A DNA stretch of 64,000 nt from Patescibacteria group bacterium (lineage in GTDB: Bacteria; Patescibacteriota; Minisyncoccia; UBA6257; GWB1-50-10): assembly GCA_023474215.1 (NCBI GenBank), contig JAMCYI010000006.1:65452-129451 (forward strand). The letters are read 5' to 3'. This document shows positions 36,399-46,672 of this stretch, one piece after another (the first letter of the stretch is position 1; each line of letters begins with the position of its first letter). The notes under the pieces were generated by a model. That model had not been told where the DNA came from. It searched no databases and saw only the letters and a program-made list of their open reading frames with translations. Position numbers and translations under genes: made by a program.

Positions 36399-37928
36399 AT
36401 GTTGAGGAAATTCGAAGAATTTGGGAAGCCGGAAGCGCCCAACGAAGGGGAGAAAGCCGAAAAAATCGAACGAAAGGAACAGCCGGAAGAAAAAAAGGAA
36501 ACAACTCCGCGATCAGAGGAAAGACGCTCTGAAAGGGAAGCTTCTCCCGAAAGCAAAGAGAAAAATCTTGAATCGACGCTGGGACTTCTTCAAGCGACGA
36601 GGTTTCCCAAAGAAAGAATGGGCGGCATCATCCCCGTTTCACCGGAAGATCGGAAAATCCTCCGAACGGAGGTCGAACATTCCCTGAAAAATCTCGATGC
36701 GTGCTACCAAAGCAATTTCGGCATATTTCCGACCGGCGATCCGGATGACAATTTTTATAACACGTTGTGGCTGCGGGATCTTGCCCACGCCGGAGGTAAC
36801 TTTTTTGCCGAAAACAACGACACAGCGGTCATCGACTCCCTGGAAACCGCTTTCTTGTATCAAAAGGAAGACGGCTCGCTCCCTTACCGCATCGAACGGA
36901 AACATTTTCTTGCTGAGCATGTCGTGCGGGCGCTTTCCGGCTTCAAGTTGAGCTGGCTTAAAAAAATCGGCATCGATCTCGTCACTCGAAAAAGGGAAAA
37001 ACCGATCTACGAAGGCGAACAAGGGGGCAACGCCGACGACACCATACCGACCGTCACGATCACGACCGGCGAACTTTTCATACACTCCTCGAAGGGAAGG
37101 GACTTCATTAAAAGCCGCTTTGGATCGATAGAAAAAGCGATGCAACAGTTCTTGTCGAGGACCGATCCCGCGGACGGACTCGAGATTTCGCGCACGTCGA
37201 ACCCCGACTGGGCCGACAGCCTCATCCGCGGAGGAAAAAAGATCAGTACCGTGAATATTTGGCAGGCGCGCGCGCTTCAAATGATGCGGTTCATGTCCAC
37301 TAGTTTGGATCGTCCGGACCGTGCCGCCTTTTATGGGGAACGGTATCTCAAAGTGAAGAACGGCATCATGGAGAAGCTTTATGATGCGGAGCACCACTAC
37401 TTCAGGAGCGCCGAAGGGGAATCTCGCATCGATGCCGCTGCATCGATTTTCGGTTCGCTCTACATCCTGCCGGTCCAAGAAGCGGTCAAGGTTGAGGAAA
37501 CTATGGACGCTTATCTCCGCAGCAATTCCGGATTGAGGAATTTTTATCCTCCGTATCCCAAGAACAGGGTGTACCCCATTTTGAGACTGATCGGCATGGG
37601 CGGATATCACAACCAGGGCGTTTGGCCGTGGCTCACCGCCCAAAACATACAAGTGAAGATCAGAATAGCCCTCGAGCACGAGGATACCGCAATACGGGAG
37701 CAATATAAAAAGGAGGCGGTCGAGGATCTCGTCGATGTCGCCAAACTCTTCGAAGATGCCGGCGGAGCATATGAAGTGTTCGATCCGGATACCAGAAAGC
37801 CGGCAACGTGGCTCCGAACCTTGTTTCGCAGGTATGAAATGCCCAAGAATCTTATGGGTAACCTTGCGGCTTTCCAAAGCGCGTACCACCAATTGAAGAA
37901 GTTGGGGTGGCTGGAAGACGAAGCGTAG
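36399..37928 (+). CDS. six-hairpin glycosidase, amylo-alpha-1,6-glucosidase (GDE_C)-like, with a K/E-rich N-terminal extension
   Basis: NTLWLRDLAHA and GYHNQGVWPWLTAQN resemble the GDE_C / GH63-like (alpha/alpha)6 family. Diverging from the GT4 gene. Confidence 0.45.
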   Translation: MLRKFEEFGKPEAPNEGEKAEKIERKEQPEEKKETTPRSEERRSEREASPESKEKNLESTLGLLQATRFPKERMGGIIPVSPEDRKILRTEVEHSLKNLDACYQSNFGIFPTGDPDDNFYNTLWLRDLAHAGGNFFAENNDTAVIDSLETAFLYQKEDGSLPYRIERKHFLAEHVVRALSGFKLSWLKKIGIDLVTRKREKPIYEGEQGGNADDTIPTVTITTGELFIHSSKGRDFIKSRFGSIEKAMQQFLSRTDPADGLEISRTSNPDWADSLIRGGKKISTVNIWQARALQMMRFMSTSLDRPDRAAFYGERYLKVKNGIMEKLYDAEHHYFRSAEGESRIDAAASIFGSLYILPVQEAVKVEETMDAYLRSNSGLRNFYPPYPKNRVYPILRLIGMGGYHNQGVWPWLTAQNIQVKIRIALEHEDTAIREQYKKEAVEDLVDVAKLFEDAGGAYEVFDPDTRKPATWLRTLFRRYEMPKNLMGNLAAFQSAYHQLKKLGWLEDEA

Positions 37929-37931
37929 CCG

Positions 37932-38543
37932 CTATTGTCCTTCCACCTTCGTATCCTCCGCAATGCGGTGGGATATTTTTCGTGAAACCAAATAAACGAC
38001 CACAATAAGGAGACCGACGGAAAACAACGCATCCCTGACGCCTAAGATGGTTCCGCTTACATACTGATACGCTTTGCCGGAAAAGAAGCCGAAGAGCGTA
38101 AAAAAAAGAACCTGGGGAAGGGATATGAGAAACGACATCTTTATGAAGCGACGCACGTCCACCCGCAAAGCGCCGACCAGTATCAACCCGGGAACGGGAA
38201 TGACGGGAGAAAGCTTGAAGAAGAGGAGGGCTTTTCCCGTATGCCGGTGAATGACCGATTCGAATCTTTTCAGCCTTTCCTCCGTCAAACCGACGAAATG
38301 CCCGTAGCGCTCGGCGAGCGGGCGGCCTCCGAAATAGCCAACCGCATACGCTATCATATCGGCAACCAGATCCCCCGCGAGTGCTATAAGGAGGATGAGC
38401 GGCAGACTGAAATAGCCGAGTGCCGCTGCTACCCCCGCTGCGGCATTCACCAAAGGCCCCTCAAGCAAAGCAGCGAGGAAAAATAAAAAATAGCCGTGGG
38501 CGATCACCCAGGGCACCAAAGCGGTGAAAGATAAACCTTGCAT
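37932..38543 (-). CDS. DedA-family membrane protein (VTT domain)
   Basis: HGYFLFFLAALLEGPLV...GYFSLPLILLIALAGDLVADMIAYAVGYFGG matches the DedA pattern. Confidence 0.8.
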   Translation of the reverse strand: MQGLSFTALVPWVIAHGYFLFFLAALLEGPLVNAAAGVAAALGYFSLPLILLIALAGDLVADMIAYAVGYFGGRPLAERYGHFVGLTEERLKRFESVIHRHTGKALLFFKLSPVIPVPGLILVGALRVDVRRFIKMSFLISLPQVLFFTLFGFFSGKAYQYVSGTILGVRDALFSVGLLIVVVYLVSRKISHRIAEDTKVEGQ

Positions 38544-38580
38544 GATGGTTCTATTGTAATATACTTGCGAGTAACACGCT

Positions 38581-39807
38581 ATGCTCGATACTCACTCATT
38601 CGTTTTCGGCGTCAGCATTTCGGCGGTGCAAACGGAAGAAAATCCGCAAAACGACTGGAAAGGGCTCACGGCCCACGACGGATCCGTGATGAATAAAAAC
38701 ATAGAACACCTCGCGCGATGGAAAGACGATTATGCCTTGGTAAAAGATTTGGGCGTCGACGTTTTCAGGACGTCCGTCGATTGGGCAAGACTGCAACCCG
38801 CACCGTTTGCCCCCCTCGATCAAGCTGCCGCGGCTTCTTACCATCGGATGTTTTCTTTCTTAAAAGAAAACGGCATTGCATTGGTGCTCACCTTGCATCA
38901 TTTTGCGAACCCGGTATGGTTCGACGATATGGGCGGCTGGGAAAAAAGGAAAAATATCGGCGCTTTCCTTGATTTCGCAGAAAAGGCAGTGGCGGAATTC
39001 GGCCGCTATGCATCCCACATTATCACGATCAATGAGATAACGACGTATGTTTCTTTGACCGAGATCGAAGCCTTCCTGTACCCGAAGAAAAAAAATTCCA
39101 TCATCGGATCTTATCAAACCATTCGGGTGATGGCACAAGCACACCGTGAAGCATACCGGGCATTGAAAGAGCGGTACCCCGACCTCCAAATCGGATTTTC
39201 GGAAGTGGCGCGGCCGACCGCTTCAAAAAACGGCCGCGTGGACGAATTGATCGTCGCTGCCATCGGCGGCTTTGTCGCCAACACATACATTTGGAACCGG
39301 CTTATGCCGCAGGCGGATTTTATCGGCATAAACTACTACGGCACTTTGGCATTCGACTTTACAAAAAAGACCGATCCGGTCGGTTACCGAAAAGGCAAAG
39401 AACACGACGACCTCTTTGAAATGAACCCCGAACTTTTGGTGCCGCTCGCCGAGCGCCTTCATAAAAAATACGGCGGACTCCCCGTTTATATCATCGAAAA
39501 TGGAACCTGCACGGACGATGATACGTTAAGGAGAAAAAATCTCATAGCCCATCTCGATGCCATCTTCGAAGCGAGAAAAAAAGGCGACGCATTCATCAAG
39601 GGGTATATCCATTGGAGCATCCTCGACAACTTCGAACTCAACCGGGGCACGAGCTATCATTACGGCCTTGTTGCCGTCAATCCCCTGACCATGGAACGGA
39701 AACCGAAGGAAAGCTATTATCTTTACCAAAACGAAATACAAAAAAGGAGGTCTTCCTCGCGGGAGTCAAATTTACAAAAAAACAACCCCGGCACAATCGA
39801 AGGTTGA
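38581..39807 (+). CDS. glycoside hydrolase family 1 (beta-glucosidase-like)
   Basis: The N-terminal FVFGVSISAVQTE, the acid/base region TINEI and the nucleophile region YIIENG match the GH1 positions. Confidence 0.7.
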   Translation: MLDTHSFVFGVSISAVQTEENPQNDWKGLTAHDGSVMNKNIEHLARWKDDYALVKDLGVDVFRTSVDWARLQPAPFAPLDQAAAASYHRMFSFLKENGIALVLTLHHFANPVWFDDMGGWEKRKNIGAFLDFAEKAVAEFGRYASHIITINEITTYVSLTEIEAFLYPKKKNSIIGSYQTIRVMAQAHREAYRALKERYPDLQIGFSEVARPTASKNGRVDELIVAAIGGFVANTYIWNRLMPQADFIGINYYGTLAFDFTKKTDPVGYRKGKEHDDLFEMNPELLVPLAERLHKKYGGLPVYIIENGTCTDDDTLRRKNLIAHLDAIFEARKKGDAFIKGYIHWSILDNFELNRGTSYHYGLVAVNPLTMERKPKESYYLYQNEIQKRRSSSRESNLQKNNPGTIEG

Positions 39808-39936
39808 CGTGACGGGGTTTTAGAAAACCTCGCGAACGATTTGGAAGGAGTCCTCCTCGTTCAGTGTGAAACCGTTTTCCGGTTTCTTCATCCCCTCTTG
39901 GAGGGGAAATATTCTTCGGTTGTGCTGGTACTGATA

Positions 39937-40560
39937 TTATTGTACGTCTTTCCGGAAATATCGCACAATGCGAGTTATCCACATCCTTGTCGGCAGGCCT
40001 TTTTCCTTTGCCGCCGCCACCGCGCAACAAAAGCAAGCAATGAGCATCGAGACGATCCATCCAGCAAACACCTCGGCAAAGAGCGCATCTTCACGCTTTT
40101 CCACCTCGCGAATCGATCGTCCCACCATGACGAATCCGCCGCTGTATTTTGTGACAACAACCGCATCCCGGACCCCCTTTTCCGGCTGCCACGTGAAGCG
40201 ATCCTCGCCCTTCGACCGGACGTAATCAAGAACGCCGGGCGGCAAGGCAGGCATTCCGCCCCGTAAGTATCCCGATGAGCCGATCGGCTGGCCAGCATCG
40301 TCAAAAACAGTCGTAAAAACGGACAAGCTCGTTGCAATATCGATGCGCGTCGGAAGAATGACCGATTGAAACGCACCGCCGTTATCCAAACTTGCCGCGG
40401 CATCCTCGGCGATTTGAATCTGCGGATCGTTCGCCGACTGCCGATAATCCTGCTGAACCGCCGCATACATCGTCAAAAAAACAATGCTTACAAGAGCGAA
40501 CACGCAAAGGCATATCACAAGGTTCTTGTATTTCACGAAAGGTCCCATTACGGGGTTCAT
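39937..40560 (-). CDS. hypothetical membrane protein (N- and C-terminal TM)
   Basis: The start was trimmed to MNPVMGPFVKYKNLVICLCVFALVSIVFL. The periplasmic middle domain has no recognised motif. Confidence 0.4.
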   Translation of the reverse strand: MNPVMGPFVKYKNLVICLCVFALVSIVFLTMYAAVQQDYRQSANDPQIQIAEDAAASLDNGGAFQSVILPTRIDIATSLSVFTTVFDDAGQPIGSSGYLRGGMPALPPGVLDYVRSKGEDRFTWQPEKGVRDAVVVTKYSGGFVMVGRSIREVEKREDALFAEVFAGWIVSMLIACFCCAVAAAKEKGLPTRMWITRIVRYFRKDVQ

Positions 40561-40645
40561 TATCCTCCAAGAACCGTAAAAATGTAAACCCCTCCCAAGT
40601 TTCCCGCAGAAACTTGGGAGGGTAATCCACATTCTGTATCCTTAA

Positions 40646-41338
40646 CTATTTTGCAGGGATCGAAACGTCGCGCACGATTTGGGCCGTAATGGTACTGCTC
40701 GAGGCAATACCCCACACCCGGACGTTATCGTTCACTTGAATGCTCGAGAGTGGCATAGCAACCCACGTTCGATTCACCACTTCGGCGCCGGAGGCGACGT
40801 TTACGGCATATGCCGTCCCATGGGCGGTGAACGTAAATGAACTTCCGCTCACATTCGAGGCAACGCCTACATAATCCCGCGGACGGGCGGCATTTCTGAT
40901 CTGCCGCGCTTCCTGGACGTTCTGTTTCACCTCGGCATTTACGGCATTCCGATACGTCCAATCGCGGACGAGATCTGCATTGACCGTCCAAAGAGAACCT
41001 TCTGCAACCGTCCCTTCGACGCCTACGAAATCACCCGCTTTGAACTGTGTGATGTCGTTACCGGCGGACGAGGGAAGAACTTTCGCGGACGATCCGATAT
41101 CGACCGTCCACGTCCCGCCCCAGCTTTGTACCGTCATAACGCCGCTTGAGACTGAGGCAATGGTCCCTCGAAGAAGGACTTTTCCGTTTTTGTTCACCTG
41201 GAGGATCATCGGCTGCGTTTCCGTCGAAGTCCCCATCGTTGGAGCAGTCGTCGTGGCCGTTTGGGCGCTTGCTACAATACCAGCGGCAAGGAGAGCGACT
41301 GCCACCCCGACACCGGCCCCTAGAGTTAGTTTTTTCAT
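40646..41338 (-). CDS. secreted protein with two tandem beta-rich repeat domains (DUF5666-like)
   Basis: Signal peptide. Two internally similar modules (GTIASVSSGVMTVQSWGGTWTVDIGSSAKVL / GVASNVSGSSFTFTAHGTAYAVNVASGAEVV). Confidence 0.4.
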   Translation of the reverse strand: MKKLTLGAGVGVAVALLAAGIVASAQTATTTAPTMGTSTETQPMILQVNKNGKVLLRGTIASVSSGVMTVQSWGGTWTVDIGSSAKVLPSSAGNDITQFKAGDFVGVEGTVAEGSLWTVNADLVRDWTYRNAVNAEVKQNVQEARQIRNAARPRDYVGVASNVSGSSFTFTAHGTAYAVNVASGAEVVNRTWVAMPLSSIQVNDNVRVWGIASSSTITAQIVRDVSIPAK

Positions 41339-41425
41339 GAAAAAACGAAAATTACGACCTTTAATAAAACTCCTCTCGAATGTACTTTTGGGAGAGGTTC
41401 TAAAGAATACGCATCGACGTCTCCT

Positions 41426-42268
41426 TTGTTACAACGTGATACAATGCTAGAATCCATGCAATTGACCGATCGACAAATCAAGGCATTTCAAAGGAGAATT
41501 CTCGGTTTCTACCGCAAACGCGGGCGCGATCTTCCATGGCGGAAGAGGATTTCGCCGTATCGGATCGTCGTTTCGGAATTCATGCTTCAGCAGACGCAAG
41601 TAGGGCGGGTTATGGACCGTTATCCCCGCTTCCTCGCCCGTTTCCCCGACTGGCAGACGCTCGCCAAAGCTTCGCCGCGAGAGGTCCTTTCCGTATGGCA
41701 GGGTCTCGGCTACAACCGCCGCGCCCTTCATCTCCAAAGAACGGCGCGGAAGGTTGTCGGGAAATACGGCGGACGGCTCCCCCGGGACCCGGATGAACTC
41801 TCGGAACTTCCGGGGATCGGAAAGGCGACCGCGGGGGCAATTCTTGCGTATGCCTACAATCTTCCCATTCCCTTCATTGAAACTAACATCCGGCGAACGT
41901 TCATTGATGCTTTCTTTAAAAACAAAAAAACGGTGAGCGACCGCGACATTTTGCCGCTCGTGGATCTTACGCTCGACCGCAAAAGCCCACGTCAATGGTA
42001 CTCCGCCCTCATGGATTATGGATCCATGCTCGGCGCAAACAAAGGGAATCCGAACCACAAGAGTACGCGCTACGCGAAGCAGACCCGCTTCGAGGGATCG
42101 CGGCGACAAATCCGCGGACGGATCATCAAAACGCTCCTCGCCGCCCCCCGAACAGCCGGCGAACTTTCACGGATAGTCGGCGAGCCGAAAATTGAGCTTG
42201 TACCGATCCTTAGCGAACTTATCCGCGAAGGATTCATACGGCAACGCGGAGAGCGCTACCGCATCTAG
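41426..42268 (+). CDS. HhH-GPD DNA glycosylase, MutY/A-G-specific adenine glycosylase-like, apparently lacking the 4Fe-4S cysteine cluster
   Basis: FYRKRGRDLPWR, VSEFMLQQTQV, LPGIGKATAGAILAYAYN. The C-terminal part has no Cys-x6-Cys-x2-Cys-x5-Cys pattern. Confidence 0.65.
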   Translation: MLQRDTMLESMQLTDRQIKAFQRRILGFYRKRGRDLPWRKRISPYRIVVSEFMLQQTQVGRVMDRYPRFLARFPDWQTLAKASPREVLSVWQGLGYNRRALHLQRTARKVVGKYGGRLPRDPDELSELPGIGKATAGAILAYAYNLPIPFIETNIRRTFIDAFFKNKKTVSDRDILPLVDLTLDRKSPRQWYSALMDYGSMLGANKGNPNHKSTRYAKQTRFEGSRRQIRGRIIKTLLAAPRTAGELSRIVGEPKIELVPILSELIREGFIRQRGERYRI

Positions 42269-42270
42269 AC

Positions 42271-43749
42271 CTAGTCGAACATCGCGACCTCGCCTTTTGC
42301 CTTCGTTTCGTGTGGCAACTTGATCAAGAGTGCCGTGAACGATCCGAGAAGGATGACGATGCCGGCGGCTATAAAAACCGCGGCATACCCTGCAACTTCC
42401 GCTTTCAAGGTAATGAGACCGATGAATTCTTGGAGGTTCTGCGGATTCACGATCCGAAGGAAACTGTTTTGAGCGATTGCAAAGACATTGGCGTTCGTCG
42501 CGTTGTCGAGTACCGTGCTGAAAACGGCGATGCCGAACGCGCCCGCAATATTCCGGACGAGTGCGAGGATAGCCGACGCTTCCCCCACTTCCCGCTCCGG
42601 CACCGAGCTTGCCACGATATTCGTCCGTTGAGCCATACCGAACCCCAAGCCGAAGGACATGACGCTCATAGGCACCATGATGGCAAGCGCTCCCCACCGC
42701 GGATCGATCCCGCCGAACATAAAAAACGCGATTGATGCAATGATCGTTCCCCAAAAAATGACATAGCGGGACTGCACTTTCCCGACGAGCTTGCCTCCTA
42801 AGGCAGCCGCCCCCATGAGAAAAACGGCCATGGGAATAAAAAGGTAGCCGGTTTTCGTCGCATCGTACCCGAGGAATGTTTCGGCAAAAATGGGGATCAA
42901 AAAGACGCTTCCCATCATAGCCATAAAAACAATGAACGTATTGAGAAGCGAAAAGACGAACGCCTTGATTTTGAAAAATTTCAAATCGACGATCGGTTCG
43001 GTTTCGTGGTGTTCGATCACAATGAAAAGTCCCATGAAAATAAGAAATGCGGCGTAGGATATGACGCTTCCCGCCGACAACCATCCCCACGTTTGCCCTC
43101 GATCGAGGACCAAGGTGAGCGCAAAAAGCGCAGCACCCAACGCCGACGCTCCCCACCAGTCAAAATGCGTCTGCCGTTTTTCTCCCACGGATTCTTTAAT
43201 GAACGTGAGCGCGAGAAAGAGGCCGATGATTCCGAGCGGAATGTTCACAAAAAAGACCGCCCGCCAATTGAAATTATCGATCAAGGGTCCTCCCATGAGC
43301 GGGCCGAATACCGACGCAACGGCAAAAGCGGCCGACCAAAGCCCCAAAGCTTCGGCGCGCTCTTTTTGATTGGTGAAGGTAACGGCAAGGATCGCCATGG
43401 CCGTCGGATAATCGGCGGAGACGGCAAACCCTTGAATGATCCGGAAAACGACCATCGAGGTCAGATTCCAAGCGACCGCGCAAAGGCCGGACGCAATGAT
43501 GAAGCCGATGAAACCGATGAGATAGATTTTCTTTCTGCCAGCGACATCGCCGAGCTTCCCCCAAATAGGGACGAAGATCGCATTCGCTAAGATATAAGCG
43601 GTCGATATCCAAGCGGCTGCCGAAACGGAAATGGAAAAATCGCCGATAATTTTCGGAAGCGCCAAATTGACCACCGTTTGATCCAAGCGCCCCAAAAAGG
43701 TGCCGAAAATGACCGTTCCCAGGACCCACCACCTGAACTTATCGTCCAT
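42271..43749 (-). CDS. MFS transporter, DHA2 (EmrB/QacA) drug:H+ antiporter family
   Basis: 14 predicted TM. The N-terminal LDQTVVNLALPKI...GKLGDVAGRKK pattern is present. Confidence 0.8.
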   Translation of the reverse strand: MDDKFRWWVLGTVIFGTFLGRLDQTVVNLALPKIIGDFSISVSAAAWISTAYILANAIFVPIWGKLGDVAGRKKIYLIGFIGFIIASGLCAVAWNLTSMVVFRIIQGFAVSADYPTAMAILAVTFTNQKERAEALGLWSAAFAVASVFGPLMGGPLIDNFNWRAVFFVNIPLGIIGLFLALTFIKESVGEKRQTHFDWWGASALGAALFALTLVLDRGQTWGWLSAGSVISYAAFLIFMGLFIVIEHHETEPIVDLKFFKIKAFVFSLLNTFIVFMAMMGSVFLIPIFAETFLGYDATKTGYLFIPMAVFLMGAAALGGKLVGKVQSRYVIFWGTIIASIAFFMFGGIDPRWGALAIMVPMSVMSFGLGFGMAQRTNIVASSVPEREVGEASAILALVRNIAGAFGIAVFSTVLDNATNANVFAIAQNSFLRIVNPQNLQEFIGLITLKAEVAGYAAVFIAAGIVILLGSFTALLIKLPHETKAKGEVAMFD

Positions 43750-44393
43750 TATTGTTTAAACACCCAAATCCTCGCTGACATGCCGTTCTTGAGCTCCGGA
43801 TATTCTTCGGCATCGAATTTTATTTTGATATCGAATTCATTGGTCGGCCGCTGACTTGAAATGTCGAATACCACGTCGCTTTGCCGGGAGGTCGGCGAAA
43901 CTTCGGAAACGACGCCTTTGAAAGTCTTCCCGCCGAACGCATCGACGGTGAAGGTTGCCGGGTCGCCCACTTGGACATTCACGAGCCCCTTATTCTCGTC
44001 GAGATGTCCCACAACCCTCAATTCGGCCGGATCGATCATGGAAGCCACCGTCCCCTGCCCCGTCAGAACGTTCACAAACGAGCCGATGTTCCGATCGACG
44101 GAAACGATTTCGCCGCTCACTTTCGCCTTCACAATCTCATCCCCAACGCGCGCGACCGGAGTACCGGCGGCGACTTCATCGCCGACGTTCACGAAGACTT
44201 GCTCAAGAATGCCCGAATTGACGGGGCTGAGATCGATCAAGGGCGCTTCGATGACCGACTGATCGATATAGACCGTCTTCGAAGCGACATACCAATATGT
44301 CAGGCTGCCCACAACCATAAGGGCGATGACGATCACTCCGATGATAAGGGTGGTTTTCCTCCCTTTCCGTTCAATGATATTTTTTTCTTCCAT
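43749..44393 (-). CDS. HlyD-family secretion protein, short EmrA-like adaptor without a coiled coil
   Basis: N-terminal TM, lipoyl-like hairpin (VNVGDEVAAGTPVARV) and beta-barrel segments. Its start overlaps the stop of the MFS gene. Confidence 0.6.
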   Translation of the reverse strand: MEEKNIIERKGRKTTLIIGVIVIALMVVGSLTYWYVASKTVYIDQSVIEAPLIDLSPVNSGILEQVFVNVGDEVAAGTPVARVGDEIVKAKVSGEIVSVDRNIGSFVNVLTGQGTVASMIDPAELRVVGHLDENKGLVNVQVGDPATFTVDAFGGKTFKGVVSEVSPTSRQSDVVFDISSQRPTNEFDIKIKFDAEEYPELKNGMSARIWVFKQ

Positions 44394-44397
44394 GAAA

Positions 44398-45918
44398 TTA
44401 AAAATTGACGACTTGTTCGCCCGCCGACACGCCGGAAACGATTTCCGTCATGCCGTCATTGCCGGTCAAGCCGGTCACAACTTCCCGCTTTTCCGTTCCC
44501 GGTCCGCTTTTTACGAGAATGAAAGAATGATTATTGTCCGAAAGAATAAGCCGCGTGGGAACCTCAAGGACGTTCGCACGGCTCGCCGCCACGATGTGCG
44601 CGGTTCCCGTCATGCCGTCCTTGATCCGATCATCATTCCCCGTAAAGTGAAGTGTCACCTCATATGCCGGCGCGCCATTCACTTCCGTCTCCGCGGCGGC
44701 AAGGGCGGTCACCGTTGCCGGAAACGTGACGCCGGAACCGTATGCGTCGAGCGTCACCGCAGCTTGATCGCCGACGGCAAGCTTTGCCACGTCGTTCTCC
44801 GAGGCATAAGCTTCCATTTTCATACCGTTCGGATTGGTGATCGTTGCAACGGGAGTGCCGGCTGAAACGACTTCACCCACCGTCATGTTCAGGTTACTGA
44901 TCGATCCCGCAAATGGCGCCCGAAGCACCGCATGATTCAAGGCGACTTCGGCGCTCGCCGCGGCCGCTTGTGCTTGAAGCACCACCGCTTTCTCCGCTGC
45001 AATGTCTTCCGGCGTTGAACCGGCCTTGGCAAGTGCAAGTGTATTTCCTGCAGCGGTGAATGCCGCATTTGCAGTCGAAAGAGCGGTATCTGCGCCCGTT
45101 ATTTCCGATCGCGCTGCGATGATATCTGTTTTATACGACGCAAGCGTCGAGGCGGTCGCGGTACCGCTCGGGACGGCGCTCTCGACCGCAAGGGCGATGT
45201 TGTTCAAATACGATTCTATGCTTTGGAGCGACGCGGAAGCGATTTGATATTCTTCCGCTTCATTCGAGCTCGTGGCATTTTGAGCGATGTACCAATTACC
45301 AAGAATGGCCGTCATGTGCTGTCGTTCCGCTTCAATATCGACGACGAGCTGGGCATCGGGTGCAGTAACCAAAAAGACGGGGTTTGTGCTCATGGGATTG
45401 GAAAAAAGATTGTCCGTTTGATTCCGCACGGCGTCGTCCGCAGCGACGTACGCGCTTTCAAGGGCTGCCGCAAGGGACGATTCGGCGCTTGTGAGCGCTC
45501 CTTCGTCGAGTGTGATTTGTTCCGGCCTCGTTCCGTTTTCCATGCCGCTCAATTTCGCTTCGGCCGCAGCGAGTGCTGCATTCGCCTGCTCCACAGCCGC
45601 TTCAAGGGATGATTGGTCAAGCTCGGCCAGAACAGCGCCAGCCGCAACCGTCGCCCCTTCTTCGACGGGAACAGCCGCCACTCGGCCTGATTCCTGAAAC
45701 GAAAGACTGGCATTGTGGTCGGCGCTCACGTTTCCTGTCACGTCGACCGATTCCGTAAGATCGCCCCGGGCGACCGTGTATGCGCGAAACGACGGCGCTC
45801 CGCTCGAAGCGACGTAAAAATAGATCACAGCCGCGATCACGAGGAGGGCGGCAACGATGAAAAAATTTCTCAACCTTCCAAAAAGTCCTTTCAAGCGTTG
45901 CATGATGGTCGAAGTCAT
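44398..45918 (-). CDS. HlyD/MacA-like periplasmic adaptor with a long Ala-rich coiled coil
   Basis: Architecture paralogous to 12652-14217: TM, lipoyl segment, a coiled coil of roughly 200 aa and a C-terminal barrel. Confidence 0.65.
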   Translation of the reverse strand: MTSTIMQRLKGLFGRLRNFFIVAALLVIAAVIYFYVASSGAPSFRAYTVARGDLTESVDVTGNVSADHNASLSFQESGRVAAVPVEEGATVAAGAVLAELDQSSLEAAVEQANAALAAAEAKLSGMENGTRPEQITLDEGALTSAESSLAAALESAYVAADDAVRNQTDNLFSNPMSTNPVFLVTAPDAQLVVDIEAERQHMTAILGNWYIAQNATSSNEAEEYQIASASLQSIESYLNNIALAVESAVPSGTATASTLASYKTDIIAARSEITGADTALSTANAAFTAAGNTLALAKAGSTPEDIAAEKAVVLQAQAAAASAEVALNHAVLRAPFAGSISNLNMTVGEVVSAGTPVATITNPNGMKMEAYASENDVAKLAVGDQAAVTLDAYGSGVTFPATVTALAAAETEVNGAPAYEVTLHFTGNDDRIKDGMTGTAHIVAASRANVLEVPTRLILSDNNHSFILVKSGPGTEKREVVTGLTGNDGMTEIVSGVSAGEQVVNF

Positions 45919-45978
45919 TCCGTATACTACCGTCTTCCGTGTTTTCCGGTCAAGGGTTCATTATGGTAATATCAAAAA

Positions 45979-46293
45979 ATGAAAAAGGAGCTCCCATTTG
46001 GCGAAAGGGTCTATCGAGCGACCCAAAAGATACCAAAAGGCAAGGTTGCGACCTACGGCGATCTCGCGCGGCTTGCGGGGAATCCCCGCGCTGCCCGCGC
46101 CGTGGGACACTTCATGAAAGTGAATCCCGGGGCACCGATCGTCCCCTGCCATCGCGTCGTCGCCTCGAACGGAGCTTTGACCGGCTATTCGGCCGAAGGA
46201 GGATTGAAGAAAAAAGAAAAGATGCTCCGCAAGGAAGGAGTGATATTCCGCGGCAACCGCGTGGATCTCCGTCGATCGCGCTGGAAAAAATAG
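45979..46293 (+). CDS. methylated-DNA--protein-cysteine methyltransferase, DNA-binding/active-site domain only
   Basis: 104 aa with IPKGKVATYGDLA and the active-site PCHRVV. Confidence 0.8.
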   Translation: MKKELPFGERVYRATQKIPKGKVATYGDLARLAGNPRAARAVGHFMKVNPGAPIVPCHRVVASNGALTGYSAEGGLKKKEKMLRKEGVIFRGNRVDLRRSRWKK

Positions 46294-46297
46294 CTTC

Positions 46298-46666
46298 CTA
46301 TTTTTTCGGATACCGACGTTCGTTCGTTCGATACCCCGTATCGGACGACCAAAGAAGAAATAGCTTTTTCTTGAATCCTCCTTTCAAGTCGTACGCTTTC
46401 TTCCGTGCCGATTCGATTTTCGACCGCGAAATCCTCTTTACCTTTTTTACTTCTTCGATGACGTCGATGATATCGGCGAGTTCCGAAGCAAGCTCTTCCT
46501 TGGTCTTCGCATGCAAGAGGCCGGTTGCTTCTTCGCCGACCTTCTTCAAAAGTTCTCTTTCAAACTCCTTTTGGCCGAGTTTTTCGACCTCATACGCTCC
46601 GCCGTTCCTTGTGATCTTCTCGGGGATCCGATCGCGTATGAGTTTGTTGTAATAAATCTTCTTCAT
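46298..46666 (-). CDS. MazG-like all-alpha nucleoside triphosphate pyrophosphohydrolase (small, PRA-PH-like)
   Basis: The YNKLIRDRIPE opening and the EELADIIDVI acidic helix are typical of the small house-cleaning NTP-PPase family. Confidence 0.55.
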   Translation of the reverse strand: MKKIYYNKLIRDRIPEKITRNGGAYEVEKLGQKEFERELLKKVGEEATGLLHAKTKEELASELADIIDVIEEVKKVKRISRSKIESARKKAYDLKGGFKKKLFLLWSSDTGYRTNERRYPKK

Positions 46667-46672
46667 GGGAGC

